A DNA stretch of 64,000 nt, taken from contig NC_069004.1 in assembly GCF_001194135.2 (NCBI RefSeq), positions 16,199,427-16,263,426 on the forward strand, written 5' to 3'. Positions 1 through 12,828 of this stretch are shown here, in pieces. Source of the stretch: Octopus bimaculoides (lineage: Eukaryota). The notes under the pieces were generated by a model. The model made no database searches. It saw only the letters and a program-made list of their open reading frames with translations, and was not told the DNA's origin. The translations under genes and the position numbers were made by a program. Each line of letters starts with the position of its first letter. Positions within the stretch are counted from its first letter, which is position 1.

Positions 1-501
1 TTTGTGCATTTCTCAAGTGGATGAAAATCAAGCTATATGCAGTAATTACATTTAGAGAAGCTACTGACATTGTGATGGATAGGAACCAGTAACAAAAAGT
101 GGCTCAGTCATTGTTGATTGTCAAACATCTCTTGCATTATAGAAACAAAAAATAACATTGAAGAATTTTGTGCTGAGTAGCAGCTGTATTTTAGATATAG
201 GGTTACTGAATGTAGATAAATTCAAAAATAAAATGAGAAAATTATGAAACATAGTGAGGAGATAATCTCCATTAAGCAAGGTGGTAAGGTTATGAAAATT
301 TGGCTGCCATAAATGTTATCCTCTCACAACAGTATTTATAATAGTATCTGTGAAAAGTGAAACATTTAATTAACTTGTTGAAAAGATTTCCTGCTGGTTA
401 ACTAATTGGAAAGATTTAAGAATTCTCAAAGACTCTAGTTTAAATATTTATTAAAATTGACAGCGACTGTAGCCGTTATTATTTAAAACTTTTCTCTTCA
501 G

Positions 502-534
502 AGATTTTGAATGATGTGATGCATATTTATAATT
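502..534 (+). CDS. Candidate small coding exon of an unidentified host gene (phase 1-1, (E)ILNDVMHIYN)
   Basis: Pyrimidine tract aaaacttttctcttcAG acceptor, 33-nt open frame, GTTAGT donor. Splice-signal inference only. Confidence 0.3.
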
Positions 535-629
535 GTTAGTTTACCTTCTTTCTACATTTATGTATTAAGCTTAATTATTGCATCTTTCGGTGTTATGTAA
601 AATCACTACCGCCCACTCACTCCTTCTAA

Positions 630-912
630 ATAGATCTGATGAAATATTATAAGGGACTAGCAAGGTTGGCTTTGCAGAATTTTAGTGTGAGAGTTGAAAA
701 ATCCATCTAGAATCGAAGGGCCTTAGAGTCAATCAAACAAAAACCTAAGTCCTAGTAAGGAGGAAGGCAGACAAACCACAAATCCCTTTAGGTAGATGGT
801 TCTGCTCAATCTGTAGAAAAAGGTGTAGGTAGAAACTCCATAAGATGTACACAATGTAAGCTATGGATGCATAAGAGGTGCAGCAATATCAAAGGAAGGC
901 TAACTGAAAGAC
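630..912 (+). mobile_element. RTE-clade LINE fragment (post-RT region with Cys/His motif)
   Basis: Degenerate translation ...HLESKGLRVNQTK...WFCSICRKGVGRNSIRCTQCKLWMHKRCSNIKGRLTE. The same motif recurs on the minus strand near 24600-24780. Confidence 0.75.
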
Positions 913-1290
913 CGTCTGAAAACAACTTGGACGCATCCTCGGTCCAAACATTGGCATCTACTTGACTATGTGCTTGTACGCCAGCGGAACCTGAAAGACA
1001 TTCTACACACAAGAGTGATGCCCAGTGCAGAGTGCCACACTGACCATCGCCTTGTCCGCTGCAAGCTCAAGCTGCAGCTCAAACCCAAACCCAAGAAGAA
1101 AGGTGACCCCGTAAAGAAACTCAACATTGGCAGCCTGTGCTGGGAGGAAGTGAAAGTCAAGTTCCAAGCAGACCTGCAGCAAAAGCTACACGAACCCCCT
1201 TGCACTGATGACACCACACCAAACAATCAGCCATCTTTAAGACATCTGAGGAAGTTCTTGGGCACACAAAGAAGAAAAACAAGGACTTAT
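913..1290 (+). mobile_element. RTE-BovB-like LINE fragment (end of apurinic endonuclease domain)
   Basis: Open frame RLKTTWTHPRSKHWHLLDYVLVRQRNLKDILHTRVMPSAECHTDHRLVRCKL matches the BovB-type EN C-terminus (HPRSKHWHLIDY...TDHRL). Confidence 0.85.
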
Positions 1291-1534
1291 ATATGCCTTT
1301 TGTGAATGTAAGTGCTACAGTGTTATGGTGATTTAGCCTGTAAATTATTTATACAATGCAGGGCCTACGGCAATGCTCACAAAGTGAAGAAAGGAGAGGA
1401 AGACAGAGAAATGTGGCACATACACTTGGAAATCCTATCAAATGTCATCAGTATGACTTGAAAATTGCAAGAAGCGTTTTGTTCTTTTGCTGTTCATTTG
1501 TCAGGTGTGAAGTGTATATACCCATTAAATGTGT

Positions 1535-1800
1535 TGGATGTCCTGCCTTTAAACATATGCTATCCAACCATTAAATATATGTTTTGATTAACAGCAACAT
1601 GATGTTCTGCTATTACATGTAATATCCTACCATGAAATCTTTGATATCTTGCTATTGAACATGTGACCTCCTGCTATTAAACATGACATTGTGCCCTTTA
1701 ACACATGCTGTCCTACTGTCAAACAATAATCTTCAGCTGTGGAATGCACATCTTCTCTTTAAACTGAATCATCCTACCATCAGACTTTCATCTTGTCTAC
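1535..1800. repeat. Degenerate ~21-bp minisatellite
   Basis: About 12 diverged units resembling (g)tcctgctattaaacat. Confidence 0.55.
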
Positions 1801-2379
1801 AAGTTTACCTAAACTAAATAGTTTAGCTATCTATGATTGTCATGTCTGTGATAGTTGGTCATGTTATCCAGCAGATTAGGACTCCTTACTGAACCTTACA
1901 CTCATTTGTTTATGTTCTGTGTTTATTTAAGTGCTTTTTGTTTTCAAATTTATTTTTTCAAAGTAGTTGAGTTTCCTGTGATTTTAGTTTGACATCATCA
2001 TTGATTTTTCTGTGAACATCCTGTCTTTTCTTTTCTATTTCCCTTTCTACACACATATACACACGCATGTAAACACACATACATGTATACAAGATTTGTT
2101 CATGGGGATAGTTCTTGTTTAGCATTGGTAGGTAAAAGATTGCATCTCTAGAGTAATTTTTTTTATCAGTGTTTTTTGTACACTGGTCATTTAGCAATAT
2201 TAACTGATGTATGCAGCATCTATCTGCAAAGAATTACTTCAGCCAACAGTATCATATACAGCCAGCATGAATGAATGGATGTAAAACAGTAGTTTATATA
2301 ATAGTTTTTAATAATTCCTCTAGAAGTATTTTGTTGAAGACATCTGGTTTCCTATATTGTTATTTAATTTATCTGTTTA

Positions 2380-2720
2380 TTCTTTAGCTGTTTTCAGTCA
2401 TTGACTGCAATAATACTGGGGTACTGCTTTCAAGAGCTGAGTTGATCGTATAGACCTCCAGTCTAGTACTTACTACATCCATTTCTATTTGTCAAACTGC
2501 TTAGTTACAGATTTGGACATGCACAAACACACCTTCTGTTTGTGTGTGTTTGCACATAGATGTAGTCAGCTTCTGTGCAGTTTCTGTTCAATAAATTTCA
2601 CCTTCAAAGCTTTAGTTGATCTGAACTAAGAAGGCATTTTCCCAAAGCGCTGCTTAGTTGGACTGAACCTGAAGCAGTTTGATTGCAAAGTGAACTTCTT
2701 AATAACACATCCATGCCTAT
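2380..2720 (-). mobile_element. tRNA-derived SINE, family A (CORE-like), decayed copy
   Basis: Reverse complement matches the consensus GTGGTAAGAAG..CCCAACCACATGGTTCC..GGCACCTTGGGCAAGTGTCTT seen in the other copies in this window. Confidence 0.6.
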
Positions 2721-3055
2721 TTAAGAATAAGTCTTATAAAATGCAGATTCTTGGTTTGATAGTGGCATAGACCCTCATCAGTTTTATCTAATTCCAGACT
2801 TTATTCTATATTGATGGTAGATGTGTACCAATGGTAAACTGACATGATGTGATAGTTGATTAGTAGCTAGCTAGATAAGTATATATGTGAGTCTACAAAT
2901 ACATCAACACATTTGCAGATAGAGAGATATGTTAATAGATATACAAGTAGATATATAGCTGAACTGAAGTGAAATGAAAAGAAATGAAAATAATCTCAAT
3001 TGGTAAATAATTTTGACTCAGCCTTGAAGGTGGTTGGACAGTGAAAAGTGTAGTT

Positions 3056-3115
<60 letters not shown>

Positions 3116-4324
3116 AATAAGTTTTATCATTTCAATTCATCTTTTATTTCCTTAAACTGTAAAGCACAACATATCTGTCAAAATATTAAAAGAAGGAAAA
3201 TAAGCAATACCTTCTAAGTTCATTTTGATTATATTTGAAAGTACAGTTTTGACTAAATAGCAGGATTTCAAAAGAATTTTTGAAATTCTTTGTTTGTGTT
3301 TAATATAATAACATAATGTTTTCAAATGTGTTGATTTACACTGTCCTGCTAGTTTATATTATTATTGTTGTTGTTCTTTGTGTTTAATTTAAATTGAGAT
3401 TAAACATTATGTAACACCAGTAGAGTTGTTAACCTGACTAGCACCATTTATACATGTACACAGTGCCTCTCTTTTTGGGTTTATATACAGTGCTGCCACC
3501 TCTGTATTCTCAACTAATGTAACATCTTCCATTTGAACTGTCATTTATACAGTGCCACCTCTGTATGAGCCAACGAAGGAGACACTGTTGCTTAACCCAG
3601 AAATAGCAATCAAATATTCCTCAAATCATTCTGTCTCTTAAGTAAAGATAGGACACATTTGGCTATTGTAAGTCTTACATGCTTTTAATCATAAGTATAC
3701 TCATTCAGTTTAACCTAGGGTTAAAAAACAACATCTCTCTCTATTTTTATTTCCAAAGCAGCAAATTTGCAAAATCGTTGGAATATTGGATAGAATGTTG
3801 TGAATGATTCATTCCAGCTGTCTTCTGTACTCTTCAAATCTTTGCTTTTCATCCTTTCAGGGTTGATAAAGTACCAGTCCAGTAACAAATTAATTCATTC
3901 CTTTCTCTCCATTAATACACCTATAGTTGAAAGGCCCCCAACTTTGTCCTGTTGATACAGTGTGAGAATTGCATTAAAGGTGCCCGTTTGGTTGACTACT
4001 CAGGCATGGAGTTACTGGTGTCCTTATAAGAGTAATTTAAGCATGTTCTGACTGGGAGTAAAAGCTACAAATACAGATAAAAAGTGTGTAGGATAATTTA
4101 TTAAATATAAGAATATAATATTTCATTTTCATATTTCTCCTCATTGTATTTTTGGAAATCCCTAAAACATTATATGGGTACTCCCAAGCATGTAGTGCTC
4201 CAGTTGATTCCCTGAGTTACCAATACATTCAGCTGGTTCTGCTCATCAACTTACACATTAATTTTCTGAGTATAAATTCTGTTGTACATTATTGAGACCA
4301 AATGATAATTCACTTCTTTTATTA

Positions 4325-4620
4325 GCACACCATTACTCCTGTACTCCTATTTGCACAACACTATCCCTGTACTCCTATTTACACAACACTACTACCCCTG
4401 TACTCTTATTTATGCAGCACAACTTATTTACATAATCCTGTTTCCTCTCAATACTGCACCCATATACTCCTATGTACATGGCACTATGTCTGTGTACTTA
4501 TTTGCACACTGCTTGTGAATTGCTGTTTACACACTCCTTTGTATTCCTGTTTACAGTGTCTCAGCACCACTTCTGTACTCCAAGGTACTCAACATCACTT
4601 CCATAGTTTCAGCTACATTA
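4325..4620. repeat. Degenerate ~29-bp minisatellite
   Basis: Repeated ctgtactcctatttgcacaacactacc-like units that decay toward the 3' end. Confidence 0.55.
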
Positions 4621-5516
4621 CACACTTGACACACATTTTCAAATACTCCATTATCTTGATACTTTTAGTTATTAAATCAATGTTGTTCATATATGTTTCA
4701 ACATTGTGGCATAGTTGTAACATATATGAAAATACTGCATAGGATATAATGTGAAGAATATGACCATCTCAAGATTTCATTTCTTTTAGTTCTTAACTAT
4801 TTTTATGTAAAGTTACAAGCATGGTGAAATAATTAAGATGTTTGCTTCACAATCAAATCTCCAGAGTTTGAACTCCTTTCACTTCTGAGAGAAAGTGTGA
4901 ATGAAGTTGAGAAGATGGAAATTGTGCAGCCAATGCAAAAGCTCCTGTTTTGTCACATTGCATCACACTGACCCTGCTGACAACTGTATTAAGAGTACTG
5001 GTGTCAATGGAATACTCAACCATTTAACACTACATTTCAGTGTGTAGATAGTTCCAGTGATCTGCAAATTATTCCAAATGGATGGTAGCTCCATATAATT
5101 TTGTTACTGTGTGTCTATAGTTATACATGTATATGTATATGTTAGTGTGTGTGTATGTGTGTGCATATGTGTATGTTTGTATATGTATGTTATGTGTTTG
5201 TAGATGAAACTGTTTCATGATTTTATAATATAGTTTTATTTGTAAATAATTTTCATTATTTATATTATATGTACAATCTTTGATGCTGCCAGATCCATGG
5301 AGAGGGAAGATGGATTCTGGAGCCAACTTTACCACTTCTCCTTCTTTTCACCATTTTCTCCCTTCGGTAGTTCTTTCCCTCTCCTCCTCTTGCTTTCTCT
5401 AGACAGGGAGCGCATATACTTATATAAAAATACATATACACATAAAGTACCAAATTTTTCTGTAGTGTGTCTGTCTACTCACCAACAAAAATTTGAGATT
5501 GGGTTGTGTGTGTGTG

Positions 5517-5577
<61 letters not shown>

Positions 5578-5808
5578 TGGCAGGGGTGATGGTGAAGCAG
5601 GAAGGGATGTAAGATAATGAAGAAATCTTGGCCATGAATACCAAACATATGGAATTAGTTACCATTGAGGAAAGAAATAGTCTTTATAGAAAAATAACAG
5701 ATAAAATATAATAAAGGTAAAACTGATGTGACAGAGAGAGAAAGAGAAGGGAGAAAGAAAAGAGAATGAGAGAAAAAGATGCATGAATGGAGAGAGAGAG
5801 AGAGAGAG

Positions 5809-5844
<36 letters not shown>

Positions 5845-6060
5845 ACAAATTGAGAAAGATGAAGAGAAAGAGCAGTTTTTTTCAAGTTATATAACTGAGA
5901 GTAGATAAATCTAACAGCTTCCATTGTGGTTTGTTAGTGTGTGTGTGTGCATAGCAGTAGTAGTTATACTAATGTGTATGTTTGATTGGAGCATAGAATT
6001 TGTATGTATAAATGTACATATATGTATTTATATTTATAAACACACATACACACATTTATG

Positions 6061-6098
<38 letters not shown>

Positions 6099-6315
6099 TG
6101 CATGTATATTCATATTAATATGTGTGTAGGTATGTGTTCCTTATAAATGATGTATATGTATATATATTTGTGTATGTGCATGTACATCCACAATAAGGAA
6201 GAAAAATAAAATGCAATTAGGATATAAAGGTGGGCAAGTTTTGATATTGACTTATTGTGGTAATGTATGTGTGTATATGAAAAACACTTATAACTATATA
6301 CATGACTTCTTTCTT

Positions 6316-6353
<38 letters not shown>

Positions 6354-6399
6354 GTGATTGCTCCAGCTTTACAGATGGTTGCCATCTCTCAGAGTTTCC

Positions 6400-7500
6400 T
6401 CATTGTTTATGGCATTTCTGACCACTCAGATTATTTTTCAGTCCTGATGCAGATCTGTATGGTTTGAAGCATACATGACAGATGTCAAATCACTGCAACT
6501 AGTAGGAAGGACGTTGCATACAGTTGCTCTTTCATAGGACTTCAGATGTTGATATACCCAGCCACACATTTCACACCTTCAACACTTTATATTCTCACTG
6601 AGTTTCTGATAACATCCCCCCCAAAGCCAGCACTTTAGGCTTTCATGCTCAAGGCAACCCTCTTCAAAAGTTTTACAACCTTCCCTTATATACTTCCTCC
6701 ACTCAACTCTTTTCAGAGCCAGTTCTTCCCAGTTCCTTAGATTGATCTCCAGTTCCTTAGATTGACCTCCAGTTCCTTAGATTGATCTCCAGTTCCTTAG
6801 ATTGATCTCCAGTTCCTTAGATTGATCTCCAGTTCCTTAGATTGATCTCCAGTTCCTTAGATTGATCTCCAGTTCCTTAGATTGATCTCCAGTTCCTTCA
6901 GGTTGCCTTTTATGCAGTCTTTGTACCTCTTTTTTGTGTGGTTTGTGCTGAGGATGCTTTCCAGTGCACATCTCACCATAGAACAGCTATTTTGGAATCC
7001 TATTATCTTCCACATGGCCTGCGTAATGCATCTGAGTAGATATGATGAGTGACTGGAGGCCATTGCAAGGGCTTCTGTATTAGGTGTTTTATTTTGTCAC
7101 TTTTGATCAAAGCTGTCAAACAGCTTGAAATGCTTATGGTGTACTGTCCATGTTTCAGAATAGTACAATAGAGCCATTAGTATGCATACCTTGTAAATGT
7201 TTCATCTTGGTGATGATGCAATTTGCTCAGACTATCTTTTCAAACTGCCTAAATGCTACATATGCTTTCTGAATGTGTGGACATATTTCTGCATCTAGAG
7301 AGCCTTCTCTTAACAATGTGTTGCCCAGTTAAACAAAAGTGTCAACTACCCCCTTTCTTGATAATTTTATATAACTCTTTTACTAGTTTCAGCACAAGAG
7401 CTGCAGCTATGCTGGGGCACCGCTGTTAGCTTTACTACACTTTCACTATTTGAAATCTCCTCTGATATGTGGTATTTTGTGAACGAGGGAGTTTGATGCT
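6400..7500 (-). mobile_element. RTE-BovB-like LINE 3' fragment (RT C-terminus)
   Basis: Minus-strand degenerate peptides VVDTFV.LG..LLREGSLDAEI..IQKA and KKRYKDCIKGNLKEL, typical of the BovB C-terminal region. Confidence 0.75.
6729..6898. repeat. 20-bp tandem repeat, ~8.5 near-identical copies (CCAGTTCCTTAGATTGATCT)
   Basis: Directly visible with period 20 and one variant unit; embedded in the LINE fragment. Confidence 0.95.
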
Positions 7501-7534
7501 GCTACTCTCATCTGTGTTTCCTGCTATGAGGTAG

Positions 7535-8830
7535 GCTCATCTGCAACTCATGACAGGAGGAGATCCAGTTTTGTTTTGAAGACACTTACATCCATCCTAT
7601 GCAGGTCTTTCAAGCTTTTGGGGAGTATATTGAATAACTGGATACCCTTGAAACCCAAGCTGTTGCAGTATCTGGTTTGGTATCTTGATGGTAATGTTGG
7701 GATCTTTGGCACTATGCTGTTGTACTCCATTTTGCTGTGTGTAAGTTCCAATACCAATGTTTGGTGCAAGTCCTTCCATGATTTTCCAGATGTATATCAC
7801 TGCATATCTTTCTTGCTTTCATTCTAGGGAGTAGAGTCTTAATTTTTTCAGCCTTTTCCAGGAGCTGACATGTATTGAACTTTTCATAACTTTGCAGGAT
7901 TGCTTCAAGTTCTGCTGTTAATTTTACAGTGTGGCGACTATAGTTGGGAGCAGTAGTCTAAGTGGCTGACCATCATGATTTCCTGTTTTCTCATTCAGAA
8001 AGTTTCGAAGGATCCAGCCAGTTGCATTTTATTGCCACTCTCCAAGTTTTATAACTATGCTGAGATTACACAGCTTGTGACATAATCATACCATTGTTGA
8101 ACAGCTGCTTTAGCACCCAGTTGTGCTGTAAGAGCTGTCTCATGCAGCTTCTACCTGGTCATAAACAATGCTTGGTGTTAGTCATCGAGTCATTCTCCTC
8201 TAGGAACGAAATTGGTTTCCTGTGGACTATTTATTCCATAACTTTCTTGATGTGTGAGGCCTGAAAGATAGACCTATGATTTTCAGCATCTGCTCTGCTT
8301 CCTCCTTTATGGATAGGATATATTGTTCCTACCTTCAGTTTGCCTGGGAGCTTACCACTTGCAGGGAAGCTCTGAAAAAGAAACTGCAGTGGTTTTGCAA
8401 GGACTCGGTTACATGATTTGAGAAGGGTTACTGGGAATTCATCAGGGCCAGCAGCTGAGTTGGGTCAGTATTACGTTTTCTGTAATGTTGATGTAATTAA
8501 TTATTATGTAGTGGTAAAGAACTCCACTAGTTTGTTTCACTTGCCTGTGTCCCAAAAGGATAGTGAAAACACTTGTGAACTGTTCAGTCTTTCACTTATT
8601 CATATTGGGTTTTCTGTGAGGGAGCTGTTCTTTTGGAAGAAGGGCCCTGTCTTGTAGCAGACTGAGGCTGTTTGTATGATAAAGTTCAAGAAAGCTTTAA
8701 AGTTTAACTTATTATTCTCTATAACCCAGGCCTCTTTATCTGTTTCATGGGATTGTTGCAGACTTTTCTCAATCTCCGTCAGTGTTGTTTTCAGGTTGGA
8801 CTTTTCACAACTGTTGAGATTTTGTTCAGG
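7535..8830 (-). mobile_element. CR1-like LINE relic, copy 1 (internal deletions remove RT core)
   Basis: C-terminal GFKGIQLFNILPKSLKDL; colinear with the 21575-23360 copy but lacking the KAFD and YADD segments. Confidence 0.8.
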
Positions 8831-8888
8831 TGGTTTGCAATCTTTGTCTGTTGTCTCATAAGAATTTTCCTCTCTCTCTCTCTCTCTA

Positions 8889-8923
<35 letters not shown>

Positions 8924-8924
8924 T

Positions 8925-8960
<36 letters not shown>

Positions 8961-9094
8961 ACTAACGAGTGCCACATCCATAAGAAAGGCACCTAGTATA
9001 CTCTGTAACATGGTCTTCTGTTGCATCCAACTTATGCCAGCATGGAAGATAATGCTTCAAACAAGGTTGTTGATAGTCATGATCGCACACCATC

Positions 9095-9720
9095 ATCATA
9101 ATCATCATCATCATCATCATCGTTTAACGTCCATCTTCCATGCATGGAAGACGGTTGACAGGAGCTGGCCAGGTAGAAAATCTACCCAAAGCTACTGTGT
9201 CTGTTTTGGTAGAGATTTTACATCTGGATGCCCTTCCTAACACCAACCACTCCACAGAGTGGACTCAGTGCTTTTTACGTGGCACTAGTACAGGTGAAGT
9301 TAGTTTTGGCGCAACTTTTACAGCTGGATGCCCTTCCACATGCCAACCATGTTACAGTGTGGACCGGATGCTTTTAACATAGCACCAGTACTGGTAGGGT
9401 AAACAAGTAACTAATAAGATAAGGAATTATGAGAGGGGCAGAGGCATTTGTGTCAGAGGATGAAAATTAGAGTGTGACAAAGAGACAGAGAAACAGAAGC
9501 AGGTGTCTTGCTACAACAGAGGAGGCATTAGAGGAGGTGATCCAGTATCAAATGATGAAAGGTTAGAGTGTAACAGAGAAATAGAGAGGCAGAAATAGGT
9601 GTCTTACTATAGAGGAGGTACAAGGTTACCCAGTGAGAGGAGATAGAGAGAGAGAGAGAGAGAGAGATTAGGAAACAGCAAAAGTGTAAGAGAGAGCAGA
9701 AGAGAGATGGTGTAGTGCTA
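9095..9720 (-). mobile_element. RTE 3' UTR or RTE-tailed SINE ending in (GAT)n
   Basis: (CAT)n followed by cgtttaacgtccatcttccatgc and ggatgcccttcctaacaccaacc. The same tail is seen near 14330-14700, 48260-48630 and 60280-60640. Confidence 0.6.
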
Positions 9721-10199
9721 GGGTATACTCACAAGTAACAAGAATATGAGCGNNNNNNNNNNNNNNNNNNNNNNNNNNNNNNNNNNNNNNNNNNNNNNNN
9801 NNNNNNNNNNNNNNNNNNNNNNAGAGAGAGAGAGAGAGAGAGAGAGGGGGCAGAAAGAGGCCAGACCCAAGTGTACTGATATAAAGGTGATACTTGGTTA
9901 CCTAGTTAGGAAAACAAGAGAAGGAGAGAGAATGACCAAAGGGAAAGAAAGAGAGAGAGAGAGAGAGAGAGATTAGGAAACAGCAAAAGTGTAAGAGAGA
10001 GCAGAAGAGAGATGGTGTAGTGCTAGGGTATACTCACAAGTAACAAGAATATGAGCGTAGAACCTGGTTAGAAAGAAAGGGAGTGGGTGTGGAGAGCAGT
10101 GATACAGTGAGCACAAAAAAGGGGATTGGAACACAATCATAATGTATGAAGAGAAAGATGTGTGGAAGAGAAAGATGCAATTAGAAGAGGAATTGTAGT

Positions 10200-10520
10200 T
10201 TGATTTCTTAGGGTAGAGTGGGTGAAAAGTGTGTTGTTACATATGGGTGGGACACAACTCTTATAGCACTCAGTTTCATGGATGGGTCTTCCCGAGGACC
10301 ACATATCACCAAACATCTCGGTCTACTATCATTTCCTCTGTGAGCCCCAACATCCTAAGATCAGTCCTCACCACTTCATCTTATGTTTTCCTGAGTCTCC
10401 CTCTTCCACAGGTACCATCCACTTTCTGCGACAGGCACTTCTGTATACACCTGTCTTCGGTCATATGTACCACATATCCAAACCAATGCAATCACCTCTC
10501 CTGCATATAATCATCAGTAA
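10200..10520 (-). mobile_element. RTE LINE C-terminal fragment
   Basis: Minus-strand GTCGRGRLRKT*DEVVRTDLRMLGL, the typical RTE GRPRKTW-like terminus. Confidence 0.7.
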
Positions 10521-10699
10521 ATCGTAAATCTGAAAGAGAAGCACAGTCTAACTTATAGAGCAGTAGAGTATTTAGGTAAAGATATTTATGGCTGATTTAT
10601 AGGGTTACCCACGGTTTTGTGTCCATAAAGTGCTTAGCTTTGTATATGTCTGACATGATGTAAGTAAAGCTAAGCACGGCCATAAATATCTTTATCTCT

Positions 10700-10752
<53 letters not shown>

Positions 10753-11114
10753 NNNNNNNNNNNNNNNNNNNNNNNNNNNNNNNNNNNNNNNNNNNNNNNN
10801 NNNNNNNNNNNNNNNNNNNNNNNNNNNNNNNNNATATATATATATATATATATATATATACATTTATATATATATATATATATATACAGAATATGGGGTT
10901 TAGTCCACTGGTGATCTAAATGACTAGGTACGCTGGGTAAGTGCTGTAATGGATTATCAGAGCTCCAAACTTGTAACTAAGACGGGAGCTATGGATCCAT
11001 TTTGGGTTTTAGGTTTAGCAGATGTATATTTATGAAAGACGACAACAAATGCCAAGGCATAACAAGTATCTCAATTCATTTACATTATTTTATGTTATTC
11101 TTAAATTAGTCGAA

Positions 11115-11190
11115 GTTTTACAGCTTTTTCTGGGATATTCCAAATGATAGGTGAGTATGTCTGAATATGGAATATTCCATCATCAGAGAC
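11115..11190 (-). ncRNA. Minimal type-I hammerhead ribozyme-like motif (near-intact core)
   Basis: Minus strand: gtct-CTGATGA-tggaatattcca-[25 nt]-tggaatatccca-GAAA-A-AGCT-GTA-aaac. Stem II pairs 11/12, the loop is palindromic AGCT, and the cleavage triplet is GUA. Confidence 0.6.
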
Positions 11191-11456
11191 AAGTGGAGAA
11201 CATATGAAAGATCTAGACATGGAAATATTCAGATAAAACATCTAGACATGGAAAATTCGCAGATAATAAGCAATGAAATAGAAGAGTAGAGAGTAAAGAA
11301 ATAAAGTTCACAGTTCATTTTATGGATGTTAGTCCGAATGTCCTTAGGTAAAATCCAAGGTAAATCCAGGCAGTATTATGGCAATACTACAGCTATCACT
11401 TGGGATATCCCAGAAACAGCTGTATGGCTTCAACCAATTTAAGAATAATATAAAAT

Positions 11457-11700
11457 AAAGTATATTGAGGGCAGCGAAACAGCAGAATTGTTAGCATGCC
11501 AGGTGAAATGCTTAGTAGTATTTCGTCTGCTGTTATGTTCTGAGTTCAAATTCCACCAAGGTCGACTTTGCCTTTCATCCTTTCAGGGTCAATTAAATAA
11601 GTACTAGTTACACACTGGGGTCAAGGTAATTGACTTAACCTCTTTGTCTGTCCTTGTTTGTCCCCTCTATGTTTAGCCCCCTGTGGGCAATAAAGAAATA
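11457..11700 (+). mobile_element. tRNA-derived SINE, family B, with 10-bp target-site duplication
   Basis: Core GTTCTGAGTTCAAATTCCACCAAGGTCGACTTTGCCTTTCATCCTTTCAGGGTC; AATATAAAAT at 11447-11456 and 11701-11710. The core resembles the MetaSINE central domain (from memory). Confidence 0.85.
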
Positions 11701-11763
11701 AATATAAAATGATGTATATGACTTGAGATGCTTGTTATGCCTTAGCGTTTGTTGTCCTCTTTC

Positions 11764-11802
<39 letters not shown>

Positions 11803-12052
11803 TCATTCATAATTTTTCCATTCATAATTTTTTCATTCATATTTTTATTATTACGTTTGTAGAAATAAATAATCTTGTATTTTTCTATTATTCAATTCAT
11901 CTTTAATTATAATTAAATAAACGTCTTTAGCTTTAAATAGTATAGCTTTAACTATTACACCGGTTAAATATGTACTAATTTTATCTTCATTATTATTTTA
12001 AACTTAAACTTCGTTCAACTTGTATTTAAAACAATGATAATTTAAAACAATG

Positions 12053-12781
12053 NNNNNNNNNNNNNNNNNNNNNNNNNNNNNNNNNNNNNNNNNNNNNNNN
12101 NNNNNNNNNNNNNNNNNNNNNNNNNNNNNNNNNNNNNNNNNNNNNNNNNNNNNNNNNNNNNNNNNNNNNNNNNNNNNNNNNNNNNNNNNNNNNNNNNNNN
12201 NNNNNNNNNNNNNNNNNNNNNNNNNNNNNNNNNNNNNNNNNNNNNNNNNNNNNNNNNNNNNNNNNNNNNNNNNNNNNNNNNNNNNNNNNNNNNNNNNNNN
12301 NNNNNNNNNNNNNNNNNNNNNNNNNNNNNNNNNNNNNNNNNNNNNNNNNNNNNNNNNNNNNNNNNNNNNNNNNNNNNNNNNNNNNNNNNNNNNNNNNNNN
12401 NNNNNNNNNNNNNNNNNNNNNNNNNNNNNNNNNNNNNNNNNNNNNNNNNNNNNNNNNNNNNNNNNNNNNNNNNNNNNNNNNNNNNNNNNNNNNNNNNNNN
12501 NNNNNNNNNNNNNNNNNNNNNNNNNNNNNNNNNNNNNNNNNNNNNNNNNNNNNNNNNNNNNNNNNNNNNNNNNNNNNNNNNNNNNNNNNNNNNNNNNNNN
12601 NNNNNNNNNNNNNNNNNNNNNNNNNNNNNNNNNNNNNNNNNNNNNNNNNNNNNNNNNNNNNNNNNNNNNNNNNNNNNNNNNNNNNNNNNNNNNNNNNNNN
12701 NNNNNNNNNNNNNNNNNNNNNNNNNNNNNNNNNNNNNNNNNNNNNNNNNNNNNNNNNNNNNNNNNNNNNNNNNNNNNNNNN

Positions 12782-12828
<47 letters not shown>

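Larger units (their letters stand above)
11025..11772. mobile_element. Foldback element with ~125-bp inverted arms; right arm interrupted by a SINE
   Basis: 11025-11150 is the reverse complement (roughly 85% by eye) of 11393-11456 plus 11711-11772. Confidence 0.85.

Noticed and set aside
6729-6898. Regular short repeats considered as a CRISPR-like array
   Set aside because: Head-to-tail units with no spacers, in a eukaryotic context with no cas genes.
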